DNA from: the human T2T-CHM13v2.0 reference genome, Homo sapiens
Direction: 5' to 3' (one strand)
Assembly: GCF_009914755.1 (NCBI RefSeq)
Contig: NC_060948.1
Length of the DNA: 64,000 nt
Below, piece by piece: positions 19,512-38,876 of this stretch (positions are counted from its first letter, which is position 1; each line of letters opens with the position of its first letter). Both the position numbers and the translations under genes were made by a program. The notes beneath the pieces are model-generated. The model did not search any database. It worked only from the letters and a program-made list of their open reading frames with translations, and was not told the DNA's origin.

Positions 19512-21609
19512 AGATCCATATTTTTTAAATGAAAAAAAATTTCAAAGGTACTCTGCTTGGTACAATAATCAAATGTATAAACTGAGGAATAAAACATAAC
19601 CATGAAACCTACTTATAACTGCATATGGAAAATACAGAGGATAATTTTTTAAATAACATATTTTGAAAGCCTTAACTAGTAATTTGAAGAGTTGGCATTT
19701 GAAAGGCCAGTATGAATATACCTTCAAAGCAGCAACACAGGTTCCCCATGAGAAAAAGCAAACACAGGGAAAATAAAAACACAAAGGTTCAATCTCTTCT
19801 GACCTTTGAAAGACACAGCACAGACAGTGGTCCTTAGGACGAAGAGCAGGAGACCCCTAATTCCGTCACCATGGCGATAGGGCATAAACATTGCTGGGTG
19901 AGGGCACAATCCACATTGTGAGGTCCAACTGCTGCCAGGAAGACAGGAGTGCTTTTACATAGACCGAAAGGTCATTGAAGGCTCAGAGTTTTGTTTCAAG
20001 AACTGAATCCCAAGCCCACACGTTATTAGGCTGCGCTTCTTAAAACAAGTTATGAGATGGGAAAAAGGGCACCCACAAACATACGTATACATTATGTATA
20101 TAATAATATACAGTGTCATATATATAATATATATAACCTATGTATAATATTGTTTTACATCCTGCATCTTATGTTATATATATTGTATAAAATATAATAA
20201 TTGATAATATATAAGTTTTATAATTATACAATATGACATATAGTATATATTATAATTTATGACATATATAATATATGTTATATGTCATATATAGAATATA
20301 TTATACGGTTAATATACGTATTAAATATAAATTATACATTATATATATTATATATAATATATCTGTTATATATAATACCCATTATGCATAATATATATAT
20401 TATGTCTATGTTATATATAGTATAAAACAACATATAATAATATATAATTGTATATATAAAATGCGACATATAATATATATTATATTTTATAACATATGTA
20501 ATATATATTATATATAATACGTTGTATGTATAATACCTATATTAAATATATATTATATGACTATGTTATTAATTACATGTCACATGTGTTATATATTATA
20601 TATTTTACATAGAATATACCGGTTACATACAATACATACTATGTTACCTATAATGTATAATTTATTACATGTAAAATAAAGAATGCAATATATTATGTAT
20701 AATTTATAATATACCATATGTGGAATGTGATATATATAACATATAATATATGATATATGATATACAGTATATGATATATAACATACAATATATGATTCCT
20801 AATATATATGGTATACAATATATATTTTATGATATGTGTTCTATATGTTTTATATTCTGTTATATATAACTATTTGAAATTATATATAACTGTATAATAT
20901 TTTATGTAAATATGTAATATAATATATATAACTATATAATATACTATATATAACTATATATTATGTTATATATACTTTTATAACATAATTTACATAAAAT
21001 ATCATAATATAATATATATTATATTATTTCATATTACATAATATATATTACATATCACCCAATATAACTAACATACATAATATTATAATATAGATTATAT
21101 TGTGTTATATTAAATATCATATATATCATGTATCATATATTCTATAATATATATTACACATTATATAATATGTATGTTGTCTATTATGTGATATATATAA
21201 CTATATATATAATTATATTTTTATACATATAACTAGATAAACATGTAATTCTACATATTTTCATTTATAATATGTAGAATTATATAATCATATATAATTA
21301 TTTATATTCTATAAAAAATTTTATCATTATATAAATTATAATATATAAAAATTATAATATGTACTACAAATATATATATTATATATCATATATGATATAG
21401 TACCTTTGTTATATATCATAATACATATAAATGTGTATTATGTTATCTATAATTATATAATTTCATATATAAGATGTATAATATATATCATATATTATAT
21501 ATGTTATGTAATATATATAGTATATATAAGATGACACAGGATAAATATTATATACTATGACATATAAAATATTTGAGGTTATATGTTACATATAAGGCAT
21601 AGCACATAA

Positions 21610-21924
<315 letters not shown>

Positions 21925-24053
21925 AGATCCATATTTTTTAAATGAAAAAAAATTTCAAAGGTACTCTGCTTGGTACAATAATCAAATGTATAAACTGAGG
22001 AATAAAACATAACCATGAAACCTACTTATAACTGCATATGGAAAATACAGAGGATAATTTTTTAAATAACATATTTTGAAAGCCTTAACTAGTAATTTGA
22101 AGAGTTGGCATTTGAAAGGCCAGTATGAATATACCTTCAAAGCAGCAACACAGGTTCCCCATGAGAAAAAGCAAACACAGGGAAAATAAAACCACAAAGG
22201 TTCAATCTCTTCTGACCTTTGAAAGACACAGCACAGACAGTGGTCCTTAGGACGAAGAGCAGGAGACCCCTAATTCCGTCACCATGGCGATAGGGCATAA
22301 ACATTGCTGGGTGAGGGCACAATCCACATTGTGAGGTCCAACTGCTGCCAGGAAGACAGGAGTGCTTTTACATAGACCGAAAGGTCATTGAAGGCTCAGA
22401 GTTTTGTTTCAAGAACTGAATCCCAAGCCCACACGTTATTAGGCTGCGCTTCTTAAAACAAGTTATGAGATGGGAAAAAGGGCACCCACAAACATACGTA
22501 TACATTATGTATATAATAATATACAGAATCATATATATAATATATATAACCTATGTATAATATTGTTTTACATCCTGCATCTTATGTTATATATATTGTA
22601 TAAAATATAATAATTGATAATATATAAGTTTTATAATTATACAATATGACATATAGTATATATTATAATTTATGACATATATAATATATGTTATATGTCA
22701 TATATAGAATATATTATACGGTTAATATACGTATTAAATATAAATTATACATTATATATATTATATATAATATATCTGTTATATATAATACCCATTATGC
22801 ATAATATATATATTATGTCTATGTTATATATAGTATAAAACAACATATAATAATATATAATTGTATATATAAAATGCGACATATAATATATATTATATTT
22901 TATAACATATGTAATATATATTATATATTATATATAATACGTTGTATGTATAATACCAATATTAAATATATATTATATGACTATGTTATTAATTACATGT
23001 CACATGTGTTATATATTATATATTTTACATAGAATATACCGGTTACATACAATATATACTATGTTACCTATAATGTATAATTTATTACATGTAAAATAAA
23101 GAATGCAATATATTATGTATAATTTATAATATACCATATGTGGAATATGATATATATAACATATAATATATGATATATGATATACTGTATATGATATATA
23201 ACATACAATATATGATTCCTAATATATATGGTATACAATATATATTTTATGATATGTATTCTACATGTTTTATATTCTGTTATATATAACTATTTGAAAT
23301 TATATATAACTGTATAATATTTTATGTAAATATGTAATATAATATATATAACTATATAATATACCAATATATAACTATATATTATGTTATATATACTTTT
23401 ATAACATAATTTACATAAAATATCATAATATAATATATATTATATTATTTCATATTACATAATATATATTACATATCACCCAATATAACTAACATACATA
23501 ATATTATAATATAGATTATATTGTGTTATATTAAATATCATATATATCATGTATCATATATTCTATAATATATATTACAAATTATATAATATGTATGTTG
23601 TCTTTTATGTGATATATATAACTATATATATAATTATATTTTTATACATATAACTAGATAAACATGTAATTCTACATATTTTCATTTATAATATGTAGAA
23701 TTATATAATCATATAGAATTATTTATATTCTATAAAAAATTTTATCATTATATAAATTATAATATATAAAAATTATAATATGTACTACAAATATATATAT
23801 TATATATCATATATGATATAGTACCTTTGTTATATATCATAATACATATAAATGTGTATTATGTTATCTATAATTATATAATTTCATATATAAGATGTAT
23901 AATATGTATCATATATTATATATGTTATGTAATATATATAGTATATATAAGATGACACAGGATAAATATTATATACTATGACATATAAAATATATGAGGT
24001 TATATGTTACATATAAGGCATAGCACATAACATGTAATATGTATCATATATAA

Positions 24054-24345
<292 letters not shown>

Positions 24346-26450
24346 AGATCCATATTTTTTAAATGAAAAAAAATTTCAAAGGTACTCTGCTTTGTACAAT
24401 AATCAAATGTATAAACTGAGGAATAAAACATAACCATGAAACCTACTTATAACTGCATATGGAAAATACAGAGGATAATTTTTTAAATAACATATTTTGA
24501 AAGCCTTAACTAGTAATTTGAAGAGTTGGCATTTGAAAGGCCAGTATGAATATACCTTCAAAGCAGCAACACAGGTTCCCCATGAGAAAAAGCAAACACA
24601 GGGAAAATAAAAACACAAAGGTTCAATCTCTTCTGACCTTTGAAAGACACAGCACAGACAGTGGTCCTTAGGACGAAGAGCAGGAGACCCCTAATTCCGT
24701 CACCATGGCGATAGGGCATAAACATTGCTGGGTGAGGGCACAATCCACATTGTGAGGTCCAAGTGCTGCCAGGAAGACAGGAGTGCTTTTACATAGACCG
24801 AAAGGTCATTGAAGGCTCAGAGTTTTGTTTCAAGAACTGAATCCCAAGCCCACATGTTATTAGGCTGCGCTTCTTAAAACAAGTTATGAGATGGGAAAAA
24901 GGGCACCCACAAACATACGTATACATTATGTATATAATAATATACAGTATCATATATATAATATATATAACCTATGTATAATATTGTTTTACATCCTGCA
25001 TCTTATGTCATATATATTGTATAAAATATAATAATTGATAATATATAAGTTTTATAATTCTACAATATGACATATAGTATATATTATAATTTATGACATA
25101 TATAATATATGTCATATATCATATATAGAATATATTATACGGTTAATATACGTATTAAATATAAATTATACGTTATATATATTATATATAATATATCTGT
25201 TATATATAATACCCATTATGCATAATATATATATTATGTCTATGTTATATATAGTATAAAACAACATATAATAATATATAATTGTATATATAAAATGCGA
25301 CATATAATATATATTATATTTTATAACATATGTAATATATATTATATATTATCTATAATACGTTGTATGTATAATACCTATATTAAATATATATTATATG
25401 ACTATGTTATTAGTTACATGTCACATGTGTTATATATTATATATTTTACATAGAATATACCGGTTACATACAATATATACTATGTTACCTATAATGTATA
25501 ATTTATTACATGTAAAATAAAGAATGCAATATATTATGTATAATTTATAATATACCATATGTGGAATGTGATATATATAACATATAATGTATGATATATG
25601 ATATACAGTATATGATATATAACATACAATATATGATTCCTAATATATATGGTATACAATATATATTTTATGATATGTATTCTATATGTTTTATATTCTG
25701 TTATATATAACTATTTGAAATTATATATAACTGTATAATATTTTATGTAAATATGTAATATAATATATATAACTATATAATATATTATATATAACTATAT
25801 ATTATGTTATATATACTTTTATAACATAATTTACATAAAATATCATAATATAATCTATATTATATTATTTCATATTACATAATATATATTACATATCACT
25901 CAATATAACTAACATACATAATATTATAATATAGATTATATTGTGTTATATTAAATATCATATATATCATGTATCATATATTCTATAATATATATTACAC
26001 ATTATATAATATGTATGTTGTCTATTATGTGATATATATAACTCTATATATAATTATATTTTTATACATATAACTAGATAAACATGTAATTCTACATATT
26101 TTCATTTATAATATGTAGAATTATATAATCATATATAATTATTTATATTCTATAAAAAATTTTATCATTCTATAAATTATAATATATAAAAATTATAATA
26201 TGTACTACAAATATATATATTATATATCACATATGATATAGTACCTTTGTTATATATCATAATACATATAAATGTGTATTATGTTATCTATAATTATATA
26301 ATTTCATATATAAGATGTATAATATGTATCATATATTATATATGTTATGTAACATATATAGTATATATAAGATGACACAGGATAAATATTATATACTATG
26401 ACATATAAAAAATATGAGGTTATATGTTACATATAAGGCATAGCACATAA

Positions 26451-26765
<315 letters not shown>

Positions 26766-28870
26766 AGATCCATATTTTTTAAATGAAAAAAAATTTCAAA
26801 GGTACTCTGCTTGGTACAATAATCAAATGTATAAACTGAGGAATAAAACATAACCATGAAACCTACTTATAACTGCATATGGAAAATACAGAGGATAATT
26901 TTTTAAATAACATATTTTGAAAGCCTTAACTAGTAATTTGAAGAGTTGGCATTTGAAAGGCCAGTATGAATATACCTTCAAAGCAGCAACACAGGTTCCC
27001 CATGAGAAAAAGCAAACACAGGGAAAATAAAAACACAAAGGTTCAATCTCTTCTGACCTTTGAAAGACACAGCACAGACAGTGGTCCTTAGGACGAAGAG
27101 CAGGAGACCCCTAATTCCGTCACCATGGCGATAGGGCATAAACATTGCTGGGTGAGGGCACAATCCACATTGTGAGGTCCAAGTGCTGCCAGGAAGACAG
27201 GAGTGCTTTTACATAGACCGAAAGGTCATTGAAGGCTCAGAGTTTTGTTTCAAGAACTGAATCCCAAGCCCACACGTTATTAGGCTGCGCTTCTTAAAAC
27301 AAGTTATGAGATGGGAAAAAGGGCACCCACAAACATACGTATACATTATGTATATAATAATATACAGTATCATATATATAATATATATAACCTATGTATA
27401 ATATTGTTTTACATCCTGCATCTTATGTTATATATATTGTATAAAATATAATAATTGATAATATATAAGTTTTATAATTCTACAATATGACATATAGTAT
27501 ATATTATAATTTATGACATATATAATATATGTCATATATCATATATAGAATATATTATACGGTTAATATACGTATTAAATATAAATTATACGTTATATAT
27601 ATTATATATAATATATCTGTTATATATAATACCCATTATGCATAATATATATATTATGTCTATGTTATATATAGTATAAAACAACATATAATAATATATA
27701 ATTGTATATATAAAATGCGACATATAATATATATTATATTTTATAACATATGTAATATATATTATATATTATCTATAATACGTTGTATGTATAATACCTA
27801 TATTAAATATATATTATATGACTATGTTATTAATTACATGTCACATGTGTTATATATTATATATTTTACATAGAATATACCGGTTACATACAATATATAC
27901 TATGTTACCTATAATGTATAATTTATTACATGTAAAATAAAGAATGCAATATATTATGTATAATTTATAATATACCATATGTGGAATGTGATATATATAA
28001 CATATAATATATGATATATGATATACAGTATATGATATATAACATACAATATATGATTCCTAATATATATGGTATACAATATATATTTTATGATATGTAT
28101 TCTATATGTTTTATATTCTGTTATATATAACTATTTGAAATTATATATAACTGTATAATATTTTATGTAAATATGTAATATAATATATATAACTATATAA
28201 TATATTATATATAACTATATATTATGTTATATATACTTTTATAACATAATTTACATAAAATATCATAATATAATATATATTATATTATTTCATATTACAT
28301 AATATATATTACATATCACTCAATATAACTAACATACATAATATTATAATATAGATTATATTGTGTTATATTAAATATCATATATATCATGTATCATATA
28401 TTCTATAATATATATTACACATTATATAATATGTATGTTGTCTATTATGTGATATATATAACTCTATATATAATTATATTTTTATACATATAACTAGATA
28501 AACATGTAATTCTACATATTTTCATTTATAATATGTAGAATTATATAATCATATAGAATTATTTATATTCTATAAAAAATTTTATCATTATATAAATTAT
28601 AATATATAAAAATTATAATATGTACTACAAATATATATATCATATATCATATATGATATAGTACCTTTGTTATATATCATAATACATATAAATGTGTATT
28701 ATGTTATCTATAATTATATAATTTCATATATAAGATGTATAATATGTATCATATATTATATATGTTATGTAATATATATAGTATATATAAGATGACACAG
28801 GATAAATATTATATACTATGACATATAAAATATATGAGGTTATATGTTACATATAAGGCATAGCACATAA

Positions 28871-29185
<315 letters not shown>

Positions 29186-31290
29186 AGATCCATATTTTTT
29201 AAATGAAAAAAAATTTCAAAGGTACTCTGCTTGGTACAATAATCAAATGTATAAACTGAGGAATAAAACATAACCATGAAACCTACTTATAACTGCATAT
29301 GGAAAATACAGAGGATAATTTTTTAAATAACATATTTTGAAAGCCTTAACTAGTAATTTGAAGAGTTGGCATTTGAAAGGCCAGTATGAATATACCTTCA
29401 AAGCAGCAACACAGTTTCCCCATGAGAAAAAGCAAACACAGGGAAAATAAAAACACAAAGGTTCAATCTCTTCTGACCTTTGAAAGACACAGCACAGACA
29501 GTGGTCCTTAGGACGAAGAGCAGGAGACCCCTAATTCCGTCACCATGGCGATAGGGCATAAACATTGCTGGGTGAGGGCACAATCCACATTGTGAGGTCC
29601 AAGTGCTGCCAGGAAGACAGGAGTGCTTTTACATAGACCGAAAGGTCATTGAAGGCTCAGAGTTTTGTTTCAAGAACTGAATCCCAAGCCCACATGTTAT
29701 TAGGCTGCGCTTCTTAAAACAAGTTATGAGATGGGAAAAAGGGCACCCACAAACATACGTATACATTATGTATATAATAATATACAGTATCATATATATA
29801 ATATATATAACCTATGTATAATATTGTTTTACATCCTGCATCTTATGTTATATATATTGTATAAAATATAATAATTGATAATATATAAGTTTTATAATTC
29901 TACAATATGACATATAGTATATATTATAATTTATGACATATATAATATATGTCATATATCATATATAGAATATATTATACGGTTAATATACGTATTAAAT
30001 ATAAATTATACGTTATATATATTATATATAATATATCTGTTATATATAATACCCATTATGCATAATATATATATTATGTCTATGTTATATATAGTATAAA
30101 ACAACATATAATAATATATAATTGTATATATAAAATGCGACATATAATATATATTATATTTTATAACATATGTAATATATATTATATATTATCTATAATA
30201 CGTTGTATGTATAATACCTATATTAAATATATATTATATGACTATGTTATTAATTACATGTCACATGTGTTATATATTATATATTTTACATAGAATATAC
30301 CGGTTACATACAATATATACTATGTTACCTATAATGTATAATTTATTACATGTAAAATAAAGAATGCAATATATTATGTATAATTTATAATATACCATAT
30401 GTGGAATGTGATATATATAACATATAATATATGATATATGATATACAGTATATGATATATAACATACAATATATGATTCCTAATATATATGGTATACAAT
30501 ATATATTTTATGATATGTATTCTATATGTTTTATATTCTGTTATATATAACTATTTGAAATTATATATAACTGTATAATATTTTATGTAAATATGTAATA
30601 TAATATATATAACTATATAATATATTATATATAACTATATATTATGTTATATATACTTTTATAACATAATTTACATAAAATATCATAATATAATCTATAT
30701 TATATTATTTCATATTACATAATATATATTACATATCACCCAATATAACTAACATACATAATATTATAATATAGATTATATTGTGTTATATTAAATATCA
30801 TATATATCATGTATCATATATTCTATAATATATATTACACATTATATAATATGTATGTTGTCTATTATGTGATATATATAACTCTATATATAATTATATT
30901 TTTATACATATAACTAGATAAACATGTAATTCTACATATTTTCATTTATAATATGTAGAATTATATAATCATATATAATTATTTATATTCTATAAAAAAT
31001 TTTATCATTCTATAAATTATAATATATAAAAATTATAATATGTACTACAAATATATATATTATATATCACATATGATATAGTACCTTTGTTATATATCAT
31101 AATACATATAAATGTGTATTATGTTATCTATAATTATATAATTTCATATATAAGATGTATAATATGTATCATATATTATATATGTTATGTAACATATATA
31201 GTATATATAAGATGACACAGGATAAATATTTTATACTATGACATATAAAAAATATGAGGTTATATGTTACATATAAGGCATAGCACATAA

Positions 31291-31605
<315 letters not shown>

Positions 31606-33710
31606 AGATCCATATTTTTTAAATGAAAAAAAATTTCAAAGGTACTCTGCTTGGTACAATAATCAAATGTATAAACTGAGGAATAAAACATAACCATGAA
31701 ACCTACTTATAACTGCATATGGAAAATACAGAGGATAATTTTTTAAATAACATATTTTGAAAGCCTTAACTAGTAATTTGAAGAGTTGGCATTTGAAAGG
31801 CCAGTATGAATATACCTTCAAAGCAGCAACACAGGTTCCCCATGAGAAAAAGCAAACACAGGGAAAATAAAAACACAAAGGTTCAATCTCTTCTGACCTT
31901 TGAAAGACACAGCACAGACAGTGGTCCTTAGGACGAAGAGCAGGAGACCCCTAATTCCGTCACCATGGCGATAGGGCATAAACATTGCTGGGTGAGGGCA
32001 CAATCCACATTGTGAGGTCCAAGTGCTGCCAGGAAGACAGGAGTGCTTTTACATAGACCGAAAGGTCATTGAAGGCTCAGAGTTTTGTTTCAAGAACTGA
32101 ATCCCAAGCCCACACGTTATTAGGCTGCGCTTCTTAAAACAAGTTATGAGATGGGAAAAAGGGCACCCACAAACATACGTATACATTATGTATATAATAA
32201 TATACAGTATCATATATATAATATATATAACCTATGTATAATATTGTTTTACATCCTGCATCTTATGTTATATATATTGTATAAAATATAATAATTGATA
32301 ATATATAAGTTTTATAATTCTACAATATGACATATAGTATATATTATAATTTATGACATATATAATATATGTCATATATCATATATAGAATATATTATAC
32401 GGTTAATATACGTATTAAATATAAATTATACGTTATATATATTATATATAATATATCTGTTATATATAATACCCATTATGCATAATATATATATTATGTC
32501 TATGTTATATATAGTATAAAACAACATATAATAATATATAATTGTATATATAAAATGCGACATATAATATATATTATATTTTATAACATATGTAATATAT
32601 ATTATATATTATCTATAATACGTTGTATGTATAATACCTATATTAAATATATATTATATGACTATGTTATTAATTACATGTCACATGTGTTATATATTAT
32701 ATATTTTACATAGAATATACCGGTTACATACAATATATACTATGTTACCTATAATGTATAATTTATTACATGTAAAATAAAGAATGCAATATATTATGTA
32801 TAATTTATAACATACCATATGTGGAATGTGATATATATAACATATAATATATGATATATGATATACAGTATATGATATATAACATACAATATATGATTCC
32901 TAATATATATGGTATACAATATATATTTTATGATATGTATTCTATATGTTTTATATTCTGTTATATATAACTATTTGAAATTATATATAACTGTATAATA
33001 TTTTATGTAAATATGTAATATAATATATATAACTATATAATATATTATATATAACTATATATTATGTTATATATACTTTTATAACATAATTTACATAAAA
33101 TATCATAATATAATCTATATTATATTATTTCATATTACATAATATATATTACATATCACCCAATATAACTAACATACATAATATTATAATATAGATTATA
33201 TTGTGTTATATTAAATATCATATATATCATGTATCATACATTCTATAATATATATTACACATTATATAATATGTATGTTGTCTATTATGTGATATATATA
33301 ACTCTATATATAATTATATTTTTATACATATAACTAGATAAACATGTAATTCTACATATTTTCATTTATAATATGTAGAATTATATAATCATATATAATT
33401 ATTTATATTCTATAAAAAATTTTATCATTCTATAAATTATAATATATAAAAATTATAATATGTACTACAAATATATATATTATATATCACATATGATATA
33501 GTACCTTTGTTATATATCATAATACATATAAATGTGTATTATGTTATCTATAATTATATAATTTCATATATAAGATGTATAATATGTATCATATATTATA
33601 TATGTTATGTAACATATATAGTATATATAAGATGACACAGGATAAATATTATATACTATGACATATAAAATATGTGAGGTTATATGTTACATATAAGGCA
33701 TAGCACATAA

Positions 33711-34025
<315 letters not shown>

Positions 34026-36130
34026 AGATCCATATTTTTTAAATGAAAAAAAATTTCAAAGGTACTCTGCTTGGTACAATAATCAAATGTATAAACTGAG
34101 GAATAAAACATAACCATGAAACCTACTTATAACTGCATATGGAAAATACAGAGGATAATTTTTTAAATAACATATTTTGAAAGCCTTAACTAGTAATTTG
34201 AAGAGTTGGCATTTGAAAGGCCAGTATGAATATACCTTCAAAGCAGCAACACAGGTTCCCCATGAGAAAAAGCAAACACAGGGAAAATAAAAACACAAAG
34301 GTTCAATCTCTTCTGACCTTTGAAAGACACAGCACAGACAGTGGTCCTTAGGACGAAGAGCAGGAGACCCCTAATTCCGTCACCATGGCGATAGGGCATA
34401 AACATTGCTGGGTGAGGGCACAATCCACATTGTGAGGTCCAACTGCTGCCAGGAAGACAGGAGTGCTTTTACATAGACCGAAAGGTCATTGAAGGCTCAG
34501 AGTTTTGTTTCAAGAACTGAATCCCAAGCCCACACGTTATTAGGCTGCGCTTCTTAAAACAAGTTATGAGATGGGAAAAAGGGCACCCACAAACATACGT
34601 ATACATTATGTATATAATAATACACAGTATCATATATATAATATATATAACCTATGTATAATATTGTTTTACATCCTGCATCTTATGTTATATATATTGT
34701 ATAAAATATAATAATTGATAATATATAAGTTTTATAATTATACAATATGACATATAGTATATATTATAATTTATGACATATATAATATATGTCATATATC
34801 ATATATAGAATATATTATACGGTTAATATACGTATTAAATATAAATTATACGTTATATATATTATATATAATATATCTGTTATATATAATACCCATTATG
34901 CATAATATATATATTATATCTATGTTATATATAGTATAAAACAACATATAATAATATATAATTGTATATATAAAATGCGACATATAATATATATTATATT
35001 TTATAACATATGTAATATATATTATATATTATATATAATACGTTGTATGTATAATACCTATATTAAATATATATTATATGACTATGTTATTAATTACATG
35101 TCACATGAGTTATATATTATATATTTTACATAGAATATACCGGTTACATACAATATATACTATGTTACCTACAATGTATAATTTATTACATGTAAAATAA
35201 AGAATGCAGTATATTATGTATAATTTATAATATACAATATGTGGAATGTGATATATATAACATATAATATATGATATATGATATACAGTATATGATATAT
35301 AACATACAATATATGATTCCTAATATATATGGTATACAATATATATTTTATGATATGTATTCTATATGTTTTATATTCTGTTATATATAACTATTTGAAA
35401 TTATACATAACTGTATAATATTTTATGTAAATATGTAATATAATATATATAACTATATAATATATTATATATAACTATATATTATGTTATATATACTTTT
35501 ATAACATAATTTACATAAAATATCATAATATAATGTATAATATATTATTTCATATTACATAATATATATTACATATCACCCAATATAACTAACATACATA
35601 ATATTATAATATAGATTATATTATGTTATATTATATATCATATATATCATGTATCATATATTCTATAATATATATTACACATTATATAATATGTATGTTG
35701 TCTATTATGTGATATATATAACTCTATATATAATTATATTTTTATACATATAACTAGATAAACATGTAATTCTACATATTTTCATTTATAATATGTAGAA
35801 TTATATAATCATATATAATTATTTATATTCTATAAAAAATTTTATCATTATATAAATTATAATATATAAAAATTATAATATGTACTACAAATATATATAT
35901 TATATATCATATATGATATAGTACCTTTGTTATATATCATAATACATATAAATGTGTATTATGTTATCTATAATTATATAATTTCATATATAAGATGTAT
36001 AATATGTATCATATATTATATATGTTATGTAATATATATAGTATATATAAGATGACACAGGATAAATATTATATACTATGACATATAAAAAATATGAGGT
36101 TATATGTTACATATAAGGCATAGCACATAA

Positions 36131-36445
<315 letters not shown>

Positions 36446-38240
36446 AGATCCATATTTTTTAAATGAAAAAAAATTTCAAAGGTACTCTGCTTGGTACAAT
36501 AATCAAATGTATAAACTGAGGAATAAAACATAACCATGAAACCTACTTATAACTGCATATGGAAAATACAGAGGATAATTTTTTAAATAACATATTTTGA
36601 AAGCCTTAACTAGTAATTTGAAGAGTTGGCATTTGAAAGGCCAGTATGAATATACCTTCAAAGCAGCAACACAGGTTCCCCATGAGAAAAAGCAAACACA
36701 GGGAAAATAAAAACACAAAGGTTCAATCTCTTCTGACCTTTGAAAGACACAGCACAGACAGTGGTCCTTAGGACGAAGAGCAGGAGACCCCTAATTCCGT
36801 CACCATGGCGATAGGGCATAAACATTGCTGGGTGAGGGCACAATCCACATTGTGAGGTCCAAGTGCTGCCAGGAAGACAGGAGTGCTTTTACATAGACCG
36901 AAAGGTCATTGAAGGCTCAGAGTTTTGTTTCAAGAACTGAATCCCAAGCCCACAGGTTATTAGGCTGCGCTTCTTAAAACAAGTTATGAGATGGGAAAAA
37001 GGGCACCCACAAACATACGTATACATTATGTATATAATAATATACAGTATCATATATATAATATATATAACCTATGTATAATATTGTTTTACATCCTGCA
37101 TCTTATGTTATATATATTGTATAAAATATAATAATTGATAATATATAAGTTTTATAATTCTACAATATGACATATAGTATATATTATAATTTATGACATA
37201 TATAATATATGTCATATATCATATATAGAATATATTATACGGTTAATATACGTATTAAATATAAATTATACGTTATATATATTATATATAATATATCTGT
37301 TATATATAATACCCATTATGCATAATATATATATTATGTCTATCTTATATATAGTATAAAACAACATATAATAATATATAATTGTATATATAAAATGCGA
37401 CATATAATATATATTATATTTTATAACATATGTAATATATATTATATATTATCTATAATACGTTGTATGTATAATACCTATATTAAATATATATTATATG
37501 ACTATGTTATTAATTACATGTCACATGTGTTATATATTATATATTTTACATAGAATATACCGGTTACATACAATATATACTATGTTACCTATAATGTATA
37601 ATTTATTACATGTAAAATAAAGAATGCAATATATTATGTATAATTTATAATATACCATATGTGGAATGTGATATATATAACATATAATATATGATATATG
37701 ATATACAGTATATGATATATAACATACAATATATGATTCCTAATATATATGGTATACAATATATATTTTATGATATGTATTCTATATGTTTTATATTCTG
37801 TTATATATAACTATTTGAAATTATATATAACTGTATAATATTTTTTGTAAATATGTAATATAATATATATAACTATATAATATATTATATATAACTATAT
37901 ATTATGTTATATATACTTTTATAACATAATTTACATAAAATATCATAATATAATCTATATTATATTATTTCATATTACATAATATATATTACATATCACC
38001 CAATATAACTAACATACATAATATTATAATATAGATTATATTGTGTTATATTAAATATCATATATATCATGTATCATATATTCTATAATATATATTACAC
38101 ATTATATAATATGTATGTTGTCTATTATGTGATATATATAACTCTATATATAATTATATTTTTATACATATAACTAGATAAACATGTAATTCTACATATT
38201 TTCATTTATAATATGTAGAATTATATAATCATATATAATT

Positions 38241-38276
38241 ATTTATATTCTATAAAAAATTTTATAGAATATAAAT
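38241..38276. repeat. Perfect 17-bp inverted repeat with 2-nt spacer, unique to U16
   Basis: atttatattctataaaa-aa-ttttatagaatataaat; the arms are exact reverse complements. Confidence 0.92.
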
Positions 38277-38561
38277 TATATAATAAATTATAATATATAA
38301 AAATTATAATATGTACTACAAATATATATATTATATATCACATATGATATAGTACCTTTGTTATATATCATAATACATATAAATGTGTATTATGTTATCT
38401 ATAATTATATAATTTCATATATAAGATGTATAATATGTATCATATATTATATATGTTATGTAACATATATAGTATATATAAGATGACACAGGATAAATAT
38501 TATATACTATGACATATAAAATATATGAGGTTATATGTTACATATAAGGCATAGCACATAA

Positions 38562-38876
<315 letters not shown>

